Positions 28,793 through 40,624 of a stretch of 64,000 nucleotides of DNA are shown here, piece by piece. The notes under the pieces are model-generated. The model was not told the origin of the DNA. It searched no databases and saw only the letters and a program-made list of their open reading frames with translations. Source of the DNA: a virus; the IMG/VR virus record IMGVR_UViG_3300044825_001821, positions 64,001 through 128,000 of that record. One strand, given 5' to 3'. The stretch's first letter is position 1. Every line of letters starts with the position of its first letter. Position numbers and translations under genes: made by a program.

Positions 28793-31700
28793 ATGGCGCT
28801 TACTACAAATTTTAATGTCAATCCTTACTACGATGATTTTGACGAGGATAAGAATTTCAATCGTATCCTATTCAAACCAGGAACTGCGGTTCAAGCCCGT
28901 GAACTGACACAGCTACAAACTATAATACAGGATCAGATTAAAAAATTTGGTGATCATATTTTTGTAACTGGCTCAAAAGTCACTGGTGGGCAAATTACAA
29001 TTCAAAATTGTAACTACCTGAATATTGCTTCAACATTCAAAGGCGTTGATATTTCTGCAAATACTTTCAATGAAAAAGTAATTTACAACACATCGAATAC
29101 AAAACGTGCTCTTATTTTAAAATCTTACAATGCAGTCGAAAGTGCAAACGAGCCAATTACCTTTATCATTAAACAATTGTATGGTGCTGACTTTCAGCCA
29201 AATGAAACCATTTATACTGATGCTGGGCCTGATGGTAACGTATCTTATTATGCCAATCTTGCAAGCGCAAATGCTTTGGGCAACACAATGGCATTTTCAA
29301 TTGGAGCGGGTGTATTTTATTATGATGGCCTCTTTGTCAAATCACAACCACAGACCGTTGCAATTGACAAATATTCTCGTCAGGGTAATTCAAGAGTTGG
29401 TTTTGTGGTTTCAGAAGAAATCATTGATTATACTGAGGATACTTCTTTATTAGACCCTGCTCAAGGTTCGTCTAATTTTCAAGCGCCAGGCGCAGACCGT
29501 TATAGAGTTTCTTTACATTTAGATACTCGTCCATTAGATAGCACAGATTTAACTAAGTTCATTGAATTAAATCAAACTGTTGATGGTGTTCCAATCGTTA
29601 ATCGTGAAACTCCTATTTACGGTCCTTTGATTGATGAACTTGCTCGTCGTACATATGATGAATCTGGTGACTATATTATCAAAGACTTTTCTATCGCACT
29701 TGAAGATAGTGCTAATGGTTCAGGAGCATATGCTAACGTAATTCTTGGACCAGGAAAAGCATATATCCGAGGTTATGAGTTTGGAAGAGAGTCATCAACA
29801 ATTCTAGAAATTCCAAAACCAAGAACAACTGATGTAATTTTTAATCAAAGAATTACAACCGATTATGGTTATTACATCTATGCAAATGGAATGTTCAATA
29901 ACTTTGGTACAAATCAATTTGCTAACGTAGAACTTTCGGCGCTCAATACCGGACAAATTATCAACATGATCGGTATAGGTGCAGGAAGTAACTTGGCTGT
30001 TTATAATAATACTGTTATTGGTAACTGTAAAGTTAAACTACAGAACTTTTTCGTTGCTAGTGCAAACACAGACGAACCAAACAATTACGTTTATAGAGTT
30101 ACTGTAACCGATATTAATACCACTCCAATTGGTTCAAATAGTGGATATGGAACAAATGCAACTGGCGGCACAGTATCGACTGTTATATTTCCAACAGGAT
30201 TTTCTGCCAACAGTGATGTCTACAAAGGCATGAAGATTCGAATGGTCAAAGGTCGACCAAGAAATCTTACTTCCGACAATAGCACCAGAACGATTACTGC
30301 TTATGATGGTTCAACAAGAACTGCAACTGTCGTTCCTTCTTTTAGTTCAGCTATTACAACTACTGATTGTTTTATTATCGATACATCCAAAAGAGATATG
30401 GAATCTCTTGTTGTGCGTAGTGCTACAGCAGGAACTACACTAGTATCATATGCTAACGTTCACCCAATTTCTAAAAATGAATCGATTGGTTTCCCAACTT
30501 TTGATGGTGTAACTGATGCTGGATTTCAACCAGTAAGAATTACTGATGAGTTAAATGAGCCTTTATTAATTAAAGTTGGACAAATTAACGTCGCCGACAA
30601 TTCGATTGCAGACTTTTCTTTTGCGTACAAAAAACTGTTTACTGGTGTAACATTTACAAATGATGTATCAGCACCATTGTCATTAGGTTCGGGAGAATCA
30701 TTAGTTCAAGTATCATCTCAAACAGATAAACAAAAATATTATCAAGTTATTGTTACGACCTCTACTGGTTCAAACTATGCAAGAGGTCAAACAGTTCCAG
30801 CACAAGTTCAAACAATTGATGCGATTGCAAAAACAATTCAGATAACTGGTGCTGGAAGTTCAATGGTTGCAAATGTTTTTGCAACTGTTTCAGTTTCAAA
30901 TCCAACTTCTAAGAGCAAAGTCTTTATTCGAGCAAATACTCTTTTAGTTGACCCCGCTAGTTCTGGTAGTAGAACTAATAGTATTTTTAGTTCAGGTAAT
31001 AATAATGTTTATGTGGCTCCGCTTGATGGACAAACAATTATTAATGATACCAATTTAATACAAAAGAAACCTGGTTTGGTTACCTCTTTGTATGTTGCCG
31101 ATGTTTATGCTATCAATGCTGTTTTTGATTTTAATGGAACTTCAGTTTCTACAGCAACTTATGATGCTCTTGATAAAGCTACAGGTTCATCTGCAAACGT
31201 TACTGACAGATATATTCTATCAACAGGACAAAAAGACTCTTACTATGATTGGGGTGGAATTATACTCAAACCTGGACAAAATCCACCAAAAGGTCCTTTA
31301 GTTGTTCGATACGAAAGATTCAAATCAACTGGATCCGGTTTCTTTAATGTTGATTCTTATACACGTTTAGGTGATTATAGAACTGGTGGTCAAGGTTTGG
31401 ATTATGGTTTAATTCCAACCTTCACTAGCCAAGATGGTAATCAATATAGATTAAATGACTTTTTGGATTTTAGACCTGTTCGTAAAGATGCTGTAAACAC
31501 ATCAACAGCAAATAATTTTGTTTTAGATGTTGATGCTTCTTATGGTAATATTATTTCTGAACCGGGACAAGAAATTATTACCGATTATGCATATTACTTA
31601 CCACGTATTGATCGTGTTATTCTGAATAGAAATAGACAACTAAAAGTTATACAAGGAGTCCCATCTCTAAAACCAACTGTTCCTGAGCAGCCAGAACAGG

Positions 31701-34700
31701 CAATGACTCTTTATGTTTTAAGATATCTTCCATATTTGACATATCCTTCTTCAACAGGCATTCAAACTTTCAGTAATAGACGTTATACCATGAAAGATGT
31801 TGGTTTGCTTGATAAGAGAATCACAAATCTGGAATTGTATACATCTTTGAATATTGCAGAAATTGCTGCGCTGAATAAATCAGACATTACTATTCGTGAT
31901 CAAGTGGGGAGATCAAGACCCAAAAATGGAGTTTTTGTAGATTCTTTTGTTGACCGTGCGGCAGCTTTAATCACTGCTCCAGATTTTAATGCAGCAATTG
32001 ATATTCTAACACAAACATGTCGTGGTTCTTATAATATAGCGGCAACCAAAATTATTCAAAATGGCGATAATGCTATTTACAATCAGAATGTTGAATTAAA
32101 TGGTCCATTAATGATGCTAGGTTCAACAGAAACAACATTTGTTTCTCAAAATAAAGCATCAAAAACGATGAACATTAATCCATTTAATGTGGTTAATTAT
32201 TTTGGTACAGTTAGACTTGATCCAAACTCTGATATTTGGAAATCAGAAGATCGTATAGAAGCACAGAATATTGATCTTTCTGGTGGTGACGCTGCACGTG
32301 ATGCTTGGTCATCAATTGAAAGCACTAGATGGAATGCTTGGCAAACAGATTGGCAATCAGTTACATTGGATTCACAAGTGCTTGAAGGATTGGCTCCATT
32401 ATCCACAAGAGCCGTTGCAAATGACCCCAATCTTCAAGGTAGAGTCGGCGCCACCGGCGGTGCCAGAGCAGTAATTGGTGATGTTACTTCAACCGTGGCC
32501 GTGTCAGAAACAAGAGAACAAACTATTAGTGCTCAACGTACTGGTGTTACATCTAGAATTGTTCCTCAACAACTAACAAAGTCGTTAGGTGATCGTATGA
32601 CAGATTTAACTGTTGTACACTTTATGAGAGAAAAAAATATTCTTGTTGTTGGTACAAAATTCAAACCATTTACATCACTAAATGCATTCTTTGATAATGT
32701 AAAAGTAAACAAATATCTTGGTAGAATTAATAGAATCGAATTTGATCAAAGTGATTTACAGTTTCAAACTGCAATCAGCAACGCTGAAGCCATAACGATT
32801 TATAAAGCAAGTTCGGCCACATCATTCAATTCATCGGATACAGTTATTGGAAGTGGTGGCATTTGTTTGACTTCCGCCAAAAATGGCTTCATTGTTAGTA
32901 TGAGCCCCGTTGCATCTTTTGGTTCATGGGATCAATGTACAAATGGTATTTGGGTACGAGGTAATATAACAGGTAAAACCTATCACGCAAGCAATTGGTA
33001 TCATACAACAGGTAGAGTTTTATCTGCTACAGCATCAACTGTTGTTTTAAACTATCATGCAGGCGGCGCACAGGCTGAAGGTAGTGGGGGCACCAACGAT
33101 TATGTGGGCCAAACACTTTACATCATTGCGGGAACAGGTAAAGAACAGCAAGCAACTATTACCGCTTATGATAGTACAACTCGTACCATAACCATTCAAG
33201 GAACTTGGAATATAATTCCCGACTCAACTTCAACGTATTCTATTGGTTTAGTTGAAACAACTGAAGAAGGTGCTACGGCTGCCGTGTTTATTTGTCCGGC
33301 TGACACCTTTAGAACGGGAGAAAAACTATTCCGTCTAATTGATGATGAGTTTGGTAACATTGAAAACTCTCGTACAAACGGCGACTGTATGTTCTATGCA
33401 TCTGGTATTGTCTTACAGAAACAAGAAACTTCAGTTACAGTCTTTACACCAACAGTGGTTAGAGAACCCGCTTACGAAAGTTGGTCTGTAAGTAGAACCG
33501 ACACTATCATTACGACAGCAGAAACGGTTCAAAATGATGTTGTTGTTGGATATTATGACCCACTTGCACAAACATTCTTGATTAACATTAATCAGTATCC
33601 TCAGGGTGTTGTGATTGATTCTGTTCGTGTTTGTTTCAAAACAAAAGATAGAACTATTCCTGTAACTTGTCAGCTAAGACCTGTTATCAATGGTTATCCA
33701 TCTGCGACTACAGTATATCCATATGCAGAAAAAACTTTAACTCCAGATCAGGTTAAACTTTCTACAATACCTGATATTACGGACCCAACCAAGTATACTG
33801 AATTTAAGTTTGATGTTCCAATTCTATTATTACCTGGCGAACATTCTTTTGTTTTACTGTCAAATAGTAATGGTTATGAATGTTTCATAGCAGGTATCAA
33901 TGATACTGACTTGGCAACCAGTGTTTTGATTTCAGATCAACCATATACAGGATCATTATTCTTATCACAGAATGGTTCGACATGGACTGCTGATCAATAC
34001 AATGATATTATGTTTACAATTCAGAAGCGTGTATATTCAAATAATTTTGGATATGGATTCTTTGAAGTTGACTTATCACAATACAGTGCAAATACTGTGT
34101 TTGATCTGCTGTATCTACAAACAACCGACGCTGTAATGCCTAACACTTCAATACAGTATGATTTTATTTCGGAAATGGAAACTGGAGGTCAACATGAAAT
34201 TATTCGTATTCCTCCAAATACCAATTATGAGTGTGATGATCAATATGGAAGAAGAATTTTGAATAAGGAAACTGGCAATTCAACATTCCAGTTAAAAGCA
34301 ACATTCCAAACTTCAAATCCTGACATATCACCAATGATTGACATGCAAAGAATAGGAGTGATTACTGTTGAAAATAAAATTAATGAAATGCCTTTACAGA
34401 ATACAGGTTTCATTATTACAAACCGTGGTTCTGGATACACATCAGCACCAACCGTAACTATAACAAATCAGAGTGTTGGTGGTGGTACAGGTGCTTCCGC
34501 TGTAGCTACAGTAAGTGGTGGAGAAGTAACTGCAATTACTTTAACTAACCAGGGAACAGGATATCTGACATCACCAACTGTTACTTTATCTGGTGGTGGA
34601 GGAACTGGCGCTACCGTTCTTTACAATGGTGAAGATCAAGCAAGTGGTGGTAACGGAGAAGTTCGTTACATAAGTAAGTTAATTCAATTGGCTTCTGGTT

Positions 34701-35095
34701 TTGATGCTGGTGATATTCGTGTTTATATGGATGCATATAAACCACCAGGCTCTGGAATTTATGTATACTATAAACTGTTATCCGCATCTGATCCTAGTCG
34801 TTTTGATGATAATTCATATCAATTAATGACTCAGCTTAATGATCTTTCATTTGTTTCTGGTAATAAAAATGATTTCAATGAACTATCATTTGCACCTGGT
34901 CAGTATGGTTCTGGGATTCCTGCACAGCAAGTTTCTTACGTAGGTGCTTCGAGTGGAGCAACATATAAAGACTTTATTATATTCCAAATTAAAGTTGTTA
35001 TGTCTGGATCAAATAAAACAAATGTTCCTAAAATTTCTAACTTACGTGTAGTTGCTTTACCATCTGCTGTTGCGGTTTCTCAAACTAACACATAA
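28793..35095 (+). CDS. Large virion structural protein (DUF4815/VrlC-like)
   Basis: 2100 aa; [66 protein letters not shown]+[28 protein letters not shown]. Confidence 0.8.
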   Translation: MALTTNFNVNPYYDDFDEDKNFNRILFKPGTAVQARELTQLQTIIQDQIKKFGDHIFVTGSKVTGGQITIQNCNYLNIASTFKGVDISANTFNEKVIYNTSNTKRALILKSYNAVESANEPITFIIKQLYGADFQPNETIYTDAGPDGNVSYYANLASANALGNTMAFSIGAGVFYYDGLFVKSQPQTVAIDKYSRQGNSRVGFVVSEEIIDYTEDTSLLDPAQGSSNFQAPGADRYRVSLHLDTRPLDSTDLTKFIELNQTVDGVPIVNRETPIYGPLIDELARRTYDESGDYIIKDFSIALEDSANGSGAYANVILGPGKAYIRGYEFGRESSTILEIPKPRTTDVIFNQRITTDYGYYIYANGMFNNFGTNQFANVELSALNTGQIINMIGIGAGSNLAVYNNTVIGNCKVKLQNFFVASANTDEPNNYVYRVTVTDINTTPIGSNSGYGTNATGGTVSTVIFPTGFSANSDVYKGMKIRMVKGRPRNLTSDNSTRTITAYDGSTRTATVVPSFSSAITTTDCFIIDTSKRDMESLVVRSATAGTTLVSYANVHPISKNESIGFPTFDGVTDAGFQPVRITDELNEPLLIKVGQINVADNSIADFSFAYKKLFTGVTFTNDVSAPLSLGSGESLVQVSSQTDKQKYYQVIVTTSTGSNYARGQTVPAQVQTIDAIAKTIQITGAGSSMVANVFATVSVSNPTSKSKVFIRANTLLVDPASSGSRTNSIFSSGNNNVYVAPLDGQTIINDTNLIQKKPGLVTSLYVADVYAINAVFDFNGTSVSTATYDALDKATGSSANVTDRYILSTGQKDSYYDWGGIILKPGQNPPKGPLVVRYERFKSTGSGFFNVDSYTRLGDYRTGGQGLDYGLIPTFTSQDGNQYRLNDFLDFRPVRKDAVNTSTANNFVLDVDASYGNIISEPGQEIITDYAYYLPRIDRVILNRNRQLKVIQGVPSLKPTVPEQPEQAMTLYVLRYLPYLTYPSSTGIQTFSNRRYTMKDVGLLDKRITNLELYTSLNIAEIAALNKSDITIRDQVGRSRPKNGVFVDSFVDRAAALITAPDFNAAIDILTQTCRGSYNIAATKIIQNGDNAIYNQNVELNGPLMMLGSTETTFVSQNKASKTMNINPFNVVNYFGTVRLDPNSDIWKSEDRIEAQNIDLSGGDAARDAWSSIESTRWNAWQTDWQSVTLDSQVLEGLAPLSTRAVANDPNLQGRVGATGGARAVIGDVTSTVAVSETREQTISAQRTGVTSRIVPQQLTKSLGDRMTDLTVVHFMREKNILVVGTKFKPFTSLNAFFDNVKVNKYLGRINRIEFDQSDLQFQTAISNAEAITIYKASSATSFNSSDTVIGSGGICLTSAKNGFIVSMSPVASFGSWDQCTNGIWVRGNITGKTYHASNWYHTTGRVLSATASTVVLNYHAGGAQAEGSGGTNDYVGQTLYIIAGTGKEQQATITAYDSTTRTITIQGTWNIIPDSTSTYSIGLVETTEEGATAAVFICPADTFRTGEKLFRLIDDEFGNIENSRTNGDCMFYASGIVLQKQETSVTVFTPTVVREPAYESWSVSRTDTIITTAETVQNDVVVGYYDPLAQTFLININQYPQGVVIDSVRVCFKTKDRTIPVTCQLRPVINGYPSATTVYPYAEKTLTPDQVKLSTIPDITDPTKYTEFKFDVPILLLPGEHSFVLLSNSNGYECFIAGINDTDLATSVLISDQPYTGSLFLSQNGSTWTADQYNDIMFTIQKRVYSNNFGYGFFEVDLSQYSANTVFDLLYLQTTDAVMPNTSIQYDFISEMETGGQHEIIRIPPNTNYECDDQYGRRILNKETGNSTFQLKATFQTSNPDISPMIDMQRIGVITVENKINEMPLQNTGFIITNRGSGYTSAPTVTITNQSVGGGTGASAVATVSGGEVTAITLTNQGTGYLTSPTVTLSGGGGTGATVLYNGEDQASGGNGEVRYISKLIQLASGFDAGDIRVYMDAYKPPGSGIYVYYKLLSASDPSRFDDNSYQLMTQLNDLSFVSGNKNDFNELSFAPGQYGSGIPAQQVSYVGASSGATYKDFIIFQIKVVMSGSNKTNVPKISNLRVVALPSAVAVSQTNT

Positions 35096-35104
35096 GGTAA
35101 ACAT

Positions 35105-35344
35105 ATGGGATACGTGAAGATACAAGATCGTGATCATTTGTATCGTGATATAAACAGTGGTGCTATATTAAATACAAACAAAGCGGAGTTTGAACAATAT
35201 TATGCCGACCGAGAACTTGACATGCGAAAATTGCAGGAGAGACAGGCATTGGAAAACAAAGTAAATAAATTAGAAGAAGATATTGGTCAAATAAAAAATC
35301 TTCTTCAAGAACTAGTACAAATGAGAAACTCAAATGGCAATTAA
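35105..35344 (+). CDS. Small coiled-coil hypothetical protein
   Basis: LYRD..SGAILN followed by a C-terminal coiled coil; AAGG RBS; overlaps the next gene. Confidence 0.65.
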   Translation: MGYVKIQDRDHLYRDINSGAILNTNKAEFEQYYADRELDMRKLQERQALENKVNKLEEDIGQIKNLLQELVQMRNSNGN

Positions 35345-36239
35345 TCAACTATCAACAGGAAACACATTTCAAGAGTGGGTGACAACCACTAGCTTGTTGG
35401 TTACTACCGCAAATAGCTTGACTGATGGTATAAACGGACAACCATTTATTGCCAACACTGCAATTTGGGTTCAGGGTGCAAACGCTTCATTTAACGTTCG
35501 AACTCTTGCTAACATTAATGTTCTTCAAGCGAACACTGCAAACATCTCTAATATCTCACTATCCAGTGGTAATATTAGTGGCAATGGTAGCATAACGTTT
35601 GGTCAAAATCTGACAGTAACATATGCAAACATTGTACAAAACATTGCAAGTGCAAACGTTACTTCAAATCTTTCGGTTGGCGGTGATGCTTTCATATATG
35701 GTAATTTGACTATCAGTGGAAATGTAACTTTAGATTCTATTGGCTTTGATGATCTGCAAGTCAATGGTTCTGCAAATATCACGAACAGTTTATCTGTCTT
35801 TGGTAACTCTGCTTTTACAAATGCCATCTCTGCAACGCATTTAGTTTTATCAACTTCGTTCACTGGTGCACCAAACACAGCAATTTATGCTTACATTACA
35901 GAGGTGCGTACCATTGCGATTGGTGCTGGATTGTATGCCAACGGTGCTTTCATTCATGGAAACTCTGCACACAGACATGCAAACGCAGGGTTCATTCATG
36001 CTAATGCATCCTTCATTCATGCAAACGCAGGATTCATACATGCCAATGCTGCATTCTTGCAGGCTAACACACCCAGTTTTACTGCTAACTCCGCTGCTTT
36101 GTATGCCAATGGTGCATTCCTGCAAGCCAATACACCTAGTCACACTGCTAACTCCGCTGCTTTGTATGCCAATGGAGCCTTTGTGGCGGCGAATGTGGCA
36201 CAAGATCAGTCCGTGGCGTTTTCAATAGCACTGGGATAA
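35334..36239 (+). CDS. Fibre-like protein with AN heptads, ending ...AFSIALG
   Basis: N-terminal NTFQEW...T; beta-repeat middle; HANAGF/ANTPS heptads. Confidence 0.65.
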   Translation: MAINQLSTGNTFQEWVTTTSLLVTTANSLTDGINGQPFIANTAIWVQGANASFNVRTLANINVLQANTANISNISLSSGNISGNGSITFGQNLTVTYANIVQNIASANVTSNLSVGGDAFIYGNLTISGNVTLDSIGFDDLQVNGSANITNSLSVFGNSAFTNAISATHLVLSTSFTGAPNTAIYAYITEVRTIAIGAGLYANGAFIHGNSAHRHANAGFIHANASFIHANAGFIHANAAFLQANTPSFTANSAALYANGAFLQANTPSHTANSAALYANGAFVAANVAQDQSVAFSIALG

Positions 36240-36262
36240 ATAAATAAAAAACAGAGGATTTA

Positions 36263-36598
36263 ATGGCTAATAACTTTAAAAATAACGTTTTGAAAGCGGT
36301 GGGTGGAACAGCACAAAATGCTTACGCTGCTGCCGCTGGTGTGCAGGCTACTGTCATCGGCATGACAATTTCAAATCTTATTTCTACTCCAATATCGGCA
36401 AATGTATTTTTGACTTGTGCAGGCGCCGCTGCTCCGAACGTATATCTAATCAGAGATGCAACGATTGCACCTGGTGGTGCTTTAGTTCCTATTGGCGGAG
36501 ATCAAAAACTAGTATTGGAAGCTGGCGACAAGATTGAAGTGAACACTTCCGTTGCTTCTTCTGCTGACGTTATCGTGTCAGTTCTGGAGATTACCTAA
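36263..36598 (+). CDS. ~110-aa putative fibre adaptor, class A
   Basis: MANNFKN...VIGMTISN...LIRDATI.PG.AL.....KLVLEAGDKI.V...DV.VSVLEIT. Confidence 0.6.
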   Translation: MANNFKNNVLKAVGGTAQNAYAAAAGVQATVIGMTISNLISTPISANVFLTCAGAAAPNVYLIRDATIAPGGALVPIGGDQKLVLEAGDKIEVNTSVASSADVIVSVLEIT

Positions 36599-37242
36599 TG
36601 GCATACATCGGCAACACTCCAGATTTACCTGGCAATTTTGTTCTACTAACGGAAAAATTTTCTGGCACTGGAGCCTGCACACAATTTACGCTGGCTAGAA
36701 ATATAAGTGATGCAAACGTTGTTGTCGTTGTTGTGAATGGTATTGTTCAAACGCCATCTTATTCTTTTAGTGTTACAAATGGATTACTAACCTTCACTGA
36801 AGCACCTTCAGCGGATTATGCTGACAATATTACAGTTACACATCTAGCTTCTGGTATTATCACGTACAATAACATTAATGCTGGACAATTATTACCCGGC
36901 TCTGTAACTGAAACTGCTTTAGCCACAGGTGCGGTAACAGAAACTAAATTGGCCAATTTTGTTATCAAAGCAAATAAAATAGGTGTAAATCAAATCACTG
37001 GTAACTTAATTGCAGCAAATCAAATCACTGGCAATCAAATTGCACAAAATCAAATCACCGGTAACTTAATTGCGGTAAATCAAATCACTGGCAATCAAAT
37101 TGCACAAAATCAAATCACCGGTAACTTAATTGCGGTAAATCAAATCACTGGTAATCTGATAGCAAACAACGCAATCAGTGGAAACAATATTGTATCACCA
37201 CCAGACATCTTCGATGACGCTTTTCTATTTGGCGGAATGTAA
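36598..37242 (+). CDS. MAYIGN-type linker/fibre protein with decapeptide repeats, ending DDAFLFGGM
   Basis: MAYIGNTP, beta-sandwich domain, NQITGN[LQ]IAx repeats. Confidence 0.7.
   Translation: MAYIGNTPDLPGNFVLLTEKFSGTGACTQFTLARNISDANVVVVVVNGIVQTPSYSFSVTNGLLTFTEAPSADYADNITVTHLASGIITYNNINAGQLLPGSVTETALATGAVTETKLANFVIKANKIGVNQITGNLIAANQITGNQIAQNQITGNLIAVNQITGNQIAQNQITGNLIAVNQITGNLIANNAISGNNIVSPPDIFDDAFLFGGM
36988..37167 (+). repeat. Coding 30-bp tandem repeat x6 (60-bp higher-order unit)
   Basis: AATCAAATCAC[TC]GG[TC]AA... units encoding NQITGNLIAA/NQITGNQIAQ/NQITGNLIAV. Confidence 0.9.
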
Positions 37243-37257
37243 AAAAGGAAAAATTAA

Positions 37258-37596
37258 ATGGCAAGAAATTATACAATCTTAGGACAAAGAAATCCATCAG
37301 CAAACGTGTTGACTACACTTTACACTGTGCCGGCGTTAAATTCTGCAATTTTGTCATCAATCACAATTGCCAACTTAGATGAAGCTGCTGCAAATGGTGG
37401 GGCGTTTAGAATCTCAGTGAACACATCAAGTGCTGCTGTTTCAAATGCTAGTTATATTGCATATGGTGTTAATGTACCAGGTCGTGATACAGTTACATTA
37501 ACATTGGGTGTAACATTAAATGCTGGATCAATCGTATCAGTTAATGCTAACAGTTCATTACTTGCTTTTTCTGCATTTGGTACAGAAATTTATTAA
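37258..37596 (+). CDS. ~110-aa putative fibre adaptor, class B
   Basis: MARNYTILGQ.NP.A...TTLYTVPA...AILSSITIAN...YIAY...VP..DT.TLTLGVTL...FSAFGTEI. Confidence 0.6.
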   Translation: MARNYTILGQRNPSANVLTTLYTVPALNSAILSSITIANLDEAAANGGAFRISVNTSSAAVSNASYIAYGVNVPGRDTVTLTLGVTLNAGSIVSVNANSSLLAFSAFGTEIY

Positions 37597-37607
37597 TGGT
37601 ATTTTGA

Positions 37608-39308
37608 ATGAGTCAACGTAGACTTCAAATAAATCCTCTTTCTACTAAGAAAGCGGCACACTCTATCAGAGTTTTACTTTCTTTAAGTAGAATGTCTGTA
37701 CCACGTGTTGGAGGCAGAGCGAATGCCGTTGTTTCTATTTTTAATTCCTCAAGTAATTGGACTGCTCCTTCTGGTGTTTTAGTAATTCAATATGTAATTA
37801 TTGCTGGTGGCGGTGGCGGTAATTATGGTGGTGGAGGAGCTGGAGGATTTAGAACTGCTACCGGCCTTTCTGTAACACCAGGAACACAATACACTATTTC
37901 TGTTGGTGGCGGTGGAGGTGGGGCTACAAAAGGAACAAACAGTGGATTCTTTATTACATCTTCTGGAGCCGGTGGAACTTGGGCAACTGGTGGTGGAGAA
38001 GGTGGCGCTAACGCTCCCGGTGGTGCGGGTGGTGCTGGTGGATCTGGTGGAGGTGGTGCCTTTAGTGGTTATGGCGGTCCATATGGAGGTGGAGCCGGCA
38101 ATCAAGGGGGATATTCACCATCTGAAGGAAACAATGGTGGAAATGGTGGGGGCTATCCGGGTGGTACAAACGTAGGCGGTGGCGGTGGCGGTGGTGCTGG
38201 TGGCACAGGATTTAATGGAATGAGACCAGCAGTGCCTTGGGCAGGTAATGGTGGCATTGGAATATATTCTTCTATAACAGGCTCAAATGTAGGTTATGCT
38301 GGTGGTGGGGGTGGATATACATGGGCACCCACTTTAGGTGTTGGTGGTTATGGTGGAAATGGTCAAACAGATTATGGTGGCGCAAATGGCGCTATATCAC
38401 ATCCAACTTTACCTGTTGCTGCAAGCACTCCACCTGCAAATAAAGGTGGTGGTGGTGGTGGTGGCGACACTGGAGCAACGGCACTATCTTCTGGCGGTTC
38501 TGGTGTGGTTATCCTACGTTATGAAATTACTCAAAGGGTTGTATATACGTCAGCATCTACGTTTACAGTTCCTACTGGTGTGACATCAATTGACTATTTA
38601 ATTGTTGCTGGTGGAGGAGGGGCAGGAAGTGGTGCTGGTGGAGCTGGTGGTTTTAGAACTGGAGTAGGATTACCTGTAACACCAGGAACATCATATTCTA
38701 TTGCTGTGGGTGGAGGTGGTGGTGCTTCCTCTTCTGGCTCAAATAGTGGATTTTTCATCACCCCTTCCGGAACTGGTGGAACTTGGGCAACTGGTGGTGG
38801 TAGAGGTGGATTTAATGCGCCAGGTAATGCCGGACAACCTGGAGGTTCTGGTGGCGGTGGCGCTTGTGATGGGTTTGGTGGTCCTAGAGCTGGTGGTTCC
38901 GGAAACGCTGGTGGTTACACGCCATCAGAAGGAAATAATGGCGGCGCTGGTAATTTCTTCAGTCCAGCGGGTACGGGCTCTGGTGGCGGAGGTGGTGCAG
39001 GTAGCGTTGGATTGGCCGCCAGTACGCCTGGTACCGCTTTTGGTGGTAATGGTGGAATAGGAATATTCTCATCAATCTCTGGTGCTAATGTTGGTTATGC
39101 TGGTGGCGGTGGTGGATTAGTTACACCAAGTCACCCTGCTAATTTCGGTGTTGCTCATCCACAATTCGGTGGTGGTAACGGCGGATTTCTTTCCGGCACA
39201 CCCGGAGCAAGTGGCACTGCAAACAGAGGTGGTGGTGCTGGTGGAGGTGATCCTGCTGCGGGTTCTGGCGGATCGGGGATTGTAATTATAACTTATGATA
39301 TACCTTAG
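37608..39308 (+). CDS. Glycine-rich putative adhesin with two tandem Gly-rich domains
   Basis: Two copies of F.SS..[WF]T.P.GV..I.Y.I.AGGG...GGAGGFRT..GL.VTPGT.Y.I.VGGGG...GGSG.VI. Confidence 0.75.
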   Translation: MSQRRLQINPLSTKKAAHSIRVLLSLSRMSVPRVGGRANAVVSIFNSSSNWTAPSGVLVIQYVIIAGGGGGNYGGGGAGGFRTATGLSVTPGTQYTISVGGGGGGATKGTNSGFFITSSGAGGTWATGGGEGGANAPGGAGGAGGSGGGGAFSGYGGPYGGGAGNQGGYSPSEGNNGGNGGGYPGGTNVGGGGGGGAGGTGFNGMRPAVPWAGNGGIGIYSSITGSNVGYAGGGGGYTWAPTLGVGGYGGNGQTDYGGANGAISHPTLPVAASTPPANKGGGGGGGDTGATALSSGGSGVVILRYEITQRVVYTSASTFTVPTGVTSIDYLIVAGGGGAGSGAGGAGGFRTGVGLPVTPGTSYSIAVGGGGGASSSGSNSGFFITPSGTGGTWATGGGRGGFNAPGNAGQPGGSGGGGACDGFGGPRAGGSGNAGGYTPSEGNNGGAGNFFSPAGTGSGGGGGAGSVGLAASTPGTAFGGNGGIGIFSSISGANVGYAGGGGGLVTPSHPANFGVAHPQFGGGNGGFLSGTPGASGTANRGGGAGGGDPAAGSGGSGIVIITYDIP

Positions 39309-39324
39309 AGGTGAATTGTTGTAG

Positions 39325-39332
39325 TATAAATA
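39325..39332 (+). promoter_or_regulatory. T4 late promoter TATAAATA
   Basis: Exact consensus, intergenic, upstream of ORF 39354. Confidence 0.8.
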
Positions 39333-39353
39333 TTTTTATTTAAAGGTGATTGA

Positions 39354-39773
39354 ATGAATAACGAAGATATTAGCTATGCACAGTATTTGGTAGGCAATAA
39401 CAACAAACTTGTATGTGGTATTGACACTGCAATTAAAGCACTCAGACCACACGCTCGTTATGACATGTCTGCTTCTGGTGGGCATTTCGTTTTCACTCGT
39501 TGGGAAGATGAGACAGATTCAAAGCCCCCAACGAAAGATGAAATTTTTGCAGAACTAGAATATCAGAATAAGTTTGTTGACTATTGGCAACACTTTATTG
39601 ATCGTGCTACACACTATCCTGATATTGTAGTTTTAATTAATAGTTTATGGGAAGGTATTGATTCTGGTGCTATACCAGGTAAAGAGACTAATTTTTATAA
39701 ACTAATTAAAGAAGTTAATGATGAGTTTCCAAGACCAGAAGGCGATCCACCAGTAAGACCGACACACGAATAA
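39354..39773 (+). CDS. Hypothetical protein, possible fibre assembly chaperone
   Basis: AIKALRP.A.Y...RWED....PPTKDEI.AEL; follows a Gly-rich adhesin; has its own late promoter. Confidence 0.5.
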   Translation: MNNEDISYAQYLVGNNNKLVCGIDTAIKALRPHARYDMSASGGHFVFTRWEDETDSKPPTKDEIFAELEYQNKFVDYWQHFIDRATHYPDIVVLINSLWEGIDSGAIPGKETNFYKLIKEVNDEFPRPEGDPPVRPTHE

Positions 39774-39784
39774 TAGGAAAATAG

Positions 39785-40267
39785 ATGGCATACATCGGTA
39801 ATACAGTCACATCGGTTAGATTTCTTTCTGATATTTTTAGTGGCACAGGCTCACAAACTACTTTTGTTTTAACACGTGCTCCTTTTTCAAATGAATCGAT
39901 TGCTGTTTTTATTTCTGGAAGTTATCAAAAACCAGGTATTGATTATACTACCGATGGTTTAAATCTGAATTTTACTTCGGCTCCAGCATCTGGCACAAAT
40001 AATATTTCTGTGCTTCATTTGGGCAATGGTTATATGGCCACTCAGGTTCCCTCTGATAGGTCTGTAACTACGATTAAAATCGCAGAAGGAGCGATCACCG
40101 GTAATTTGATGACAATTAATAGTATACGTGGTAACAATATTGTAGCGGGTACAATCACCGGTAACTTAGTCGCATTAAATTCTATTTCATCGAATAATTT
40201 TTCGTCAGAAGCAAACACAAAAATTTTCAGTTCGGGCATTATAAGTTCGATCATATTCGGAGGTTAA
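39785..40267 (+). CDS. MAYIGN-type linker protein ending ISSIIFGG
   Basis: Paralogue of 36598-37242: MAYIGNT, FSGTG..T.F.L.R, FT.AP, degenerate ITGNL decapeptides. Confidence 0.7.
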   Translation: MAYIGNTVTSVRFLSDIFSGTGSQTTFVLTRAPFSNESIAVFISGSYQKPGIDYTTDGLNLNFTSAPASGTNNISVLHLGNGYMATQVPSDRSVTTIKIAEGAITGNLMTINSIRGNNIVAGTITGNLVALNSISSNNFSSEANTKIFSSGIISSIIFGG

Positions 40268-40270
40268 TAA

Positions 40271-40624
40271 ATGGCAGCGCCAAACATTGTTAGTGTAACA
40301 GATATTAGAGGTAAAAGTAACGTATCGAATGTATCCAGTGGAGGTTCTCCTATTGTGGGTAATGCCAGTGGTAGTAATAAAGTTTTCAAAGTAAATGCTT
40401 TAATGGTTTCAAATATAGACTCCGCTAATAGCATATTAATCAACGTAAACTTTGTTCGTGCATCGGCCAATTACTCTATTGCACGAAATATGACTGTTCC
40501 GTATGGAGCAACTATTGAAATCATTAGTAAATCAATATATTTGGAAGAAGGTGATAGTATACATCTACAGTCTAGTGTAAATGCTACTGCTCAAAGTGTT
40601 TGTAGCTACGAGGAGATAAGTTAA
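40271..40624 (+). CDS. ~110-aa putative fibre adaptor, class C
   Basis: MAAPNIVSVT.I.GK...KVFKVN.LMVSNID...IA....VP..AT......SIYLEEGDSI....CSYEEIS. Confidence 0.6.
   Translation: MAAPNIVSVTDIRGKSNVSNVSSGGSPIVGNASGSNKVFKVNALMVSNIDSANSILINVNFVRASANYSIARNMTVPYGATIEIISKSIYLEEGDSIHLQSSVNATAQSVCSYEEIS

Noticed and set aside
36988-37167. 30-bp repeats as a CRISPR array
   Set aside because: Units are contiguous with no unique spacers, are in frame, and encode a decapeptide repeat; no cas genes present.
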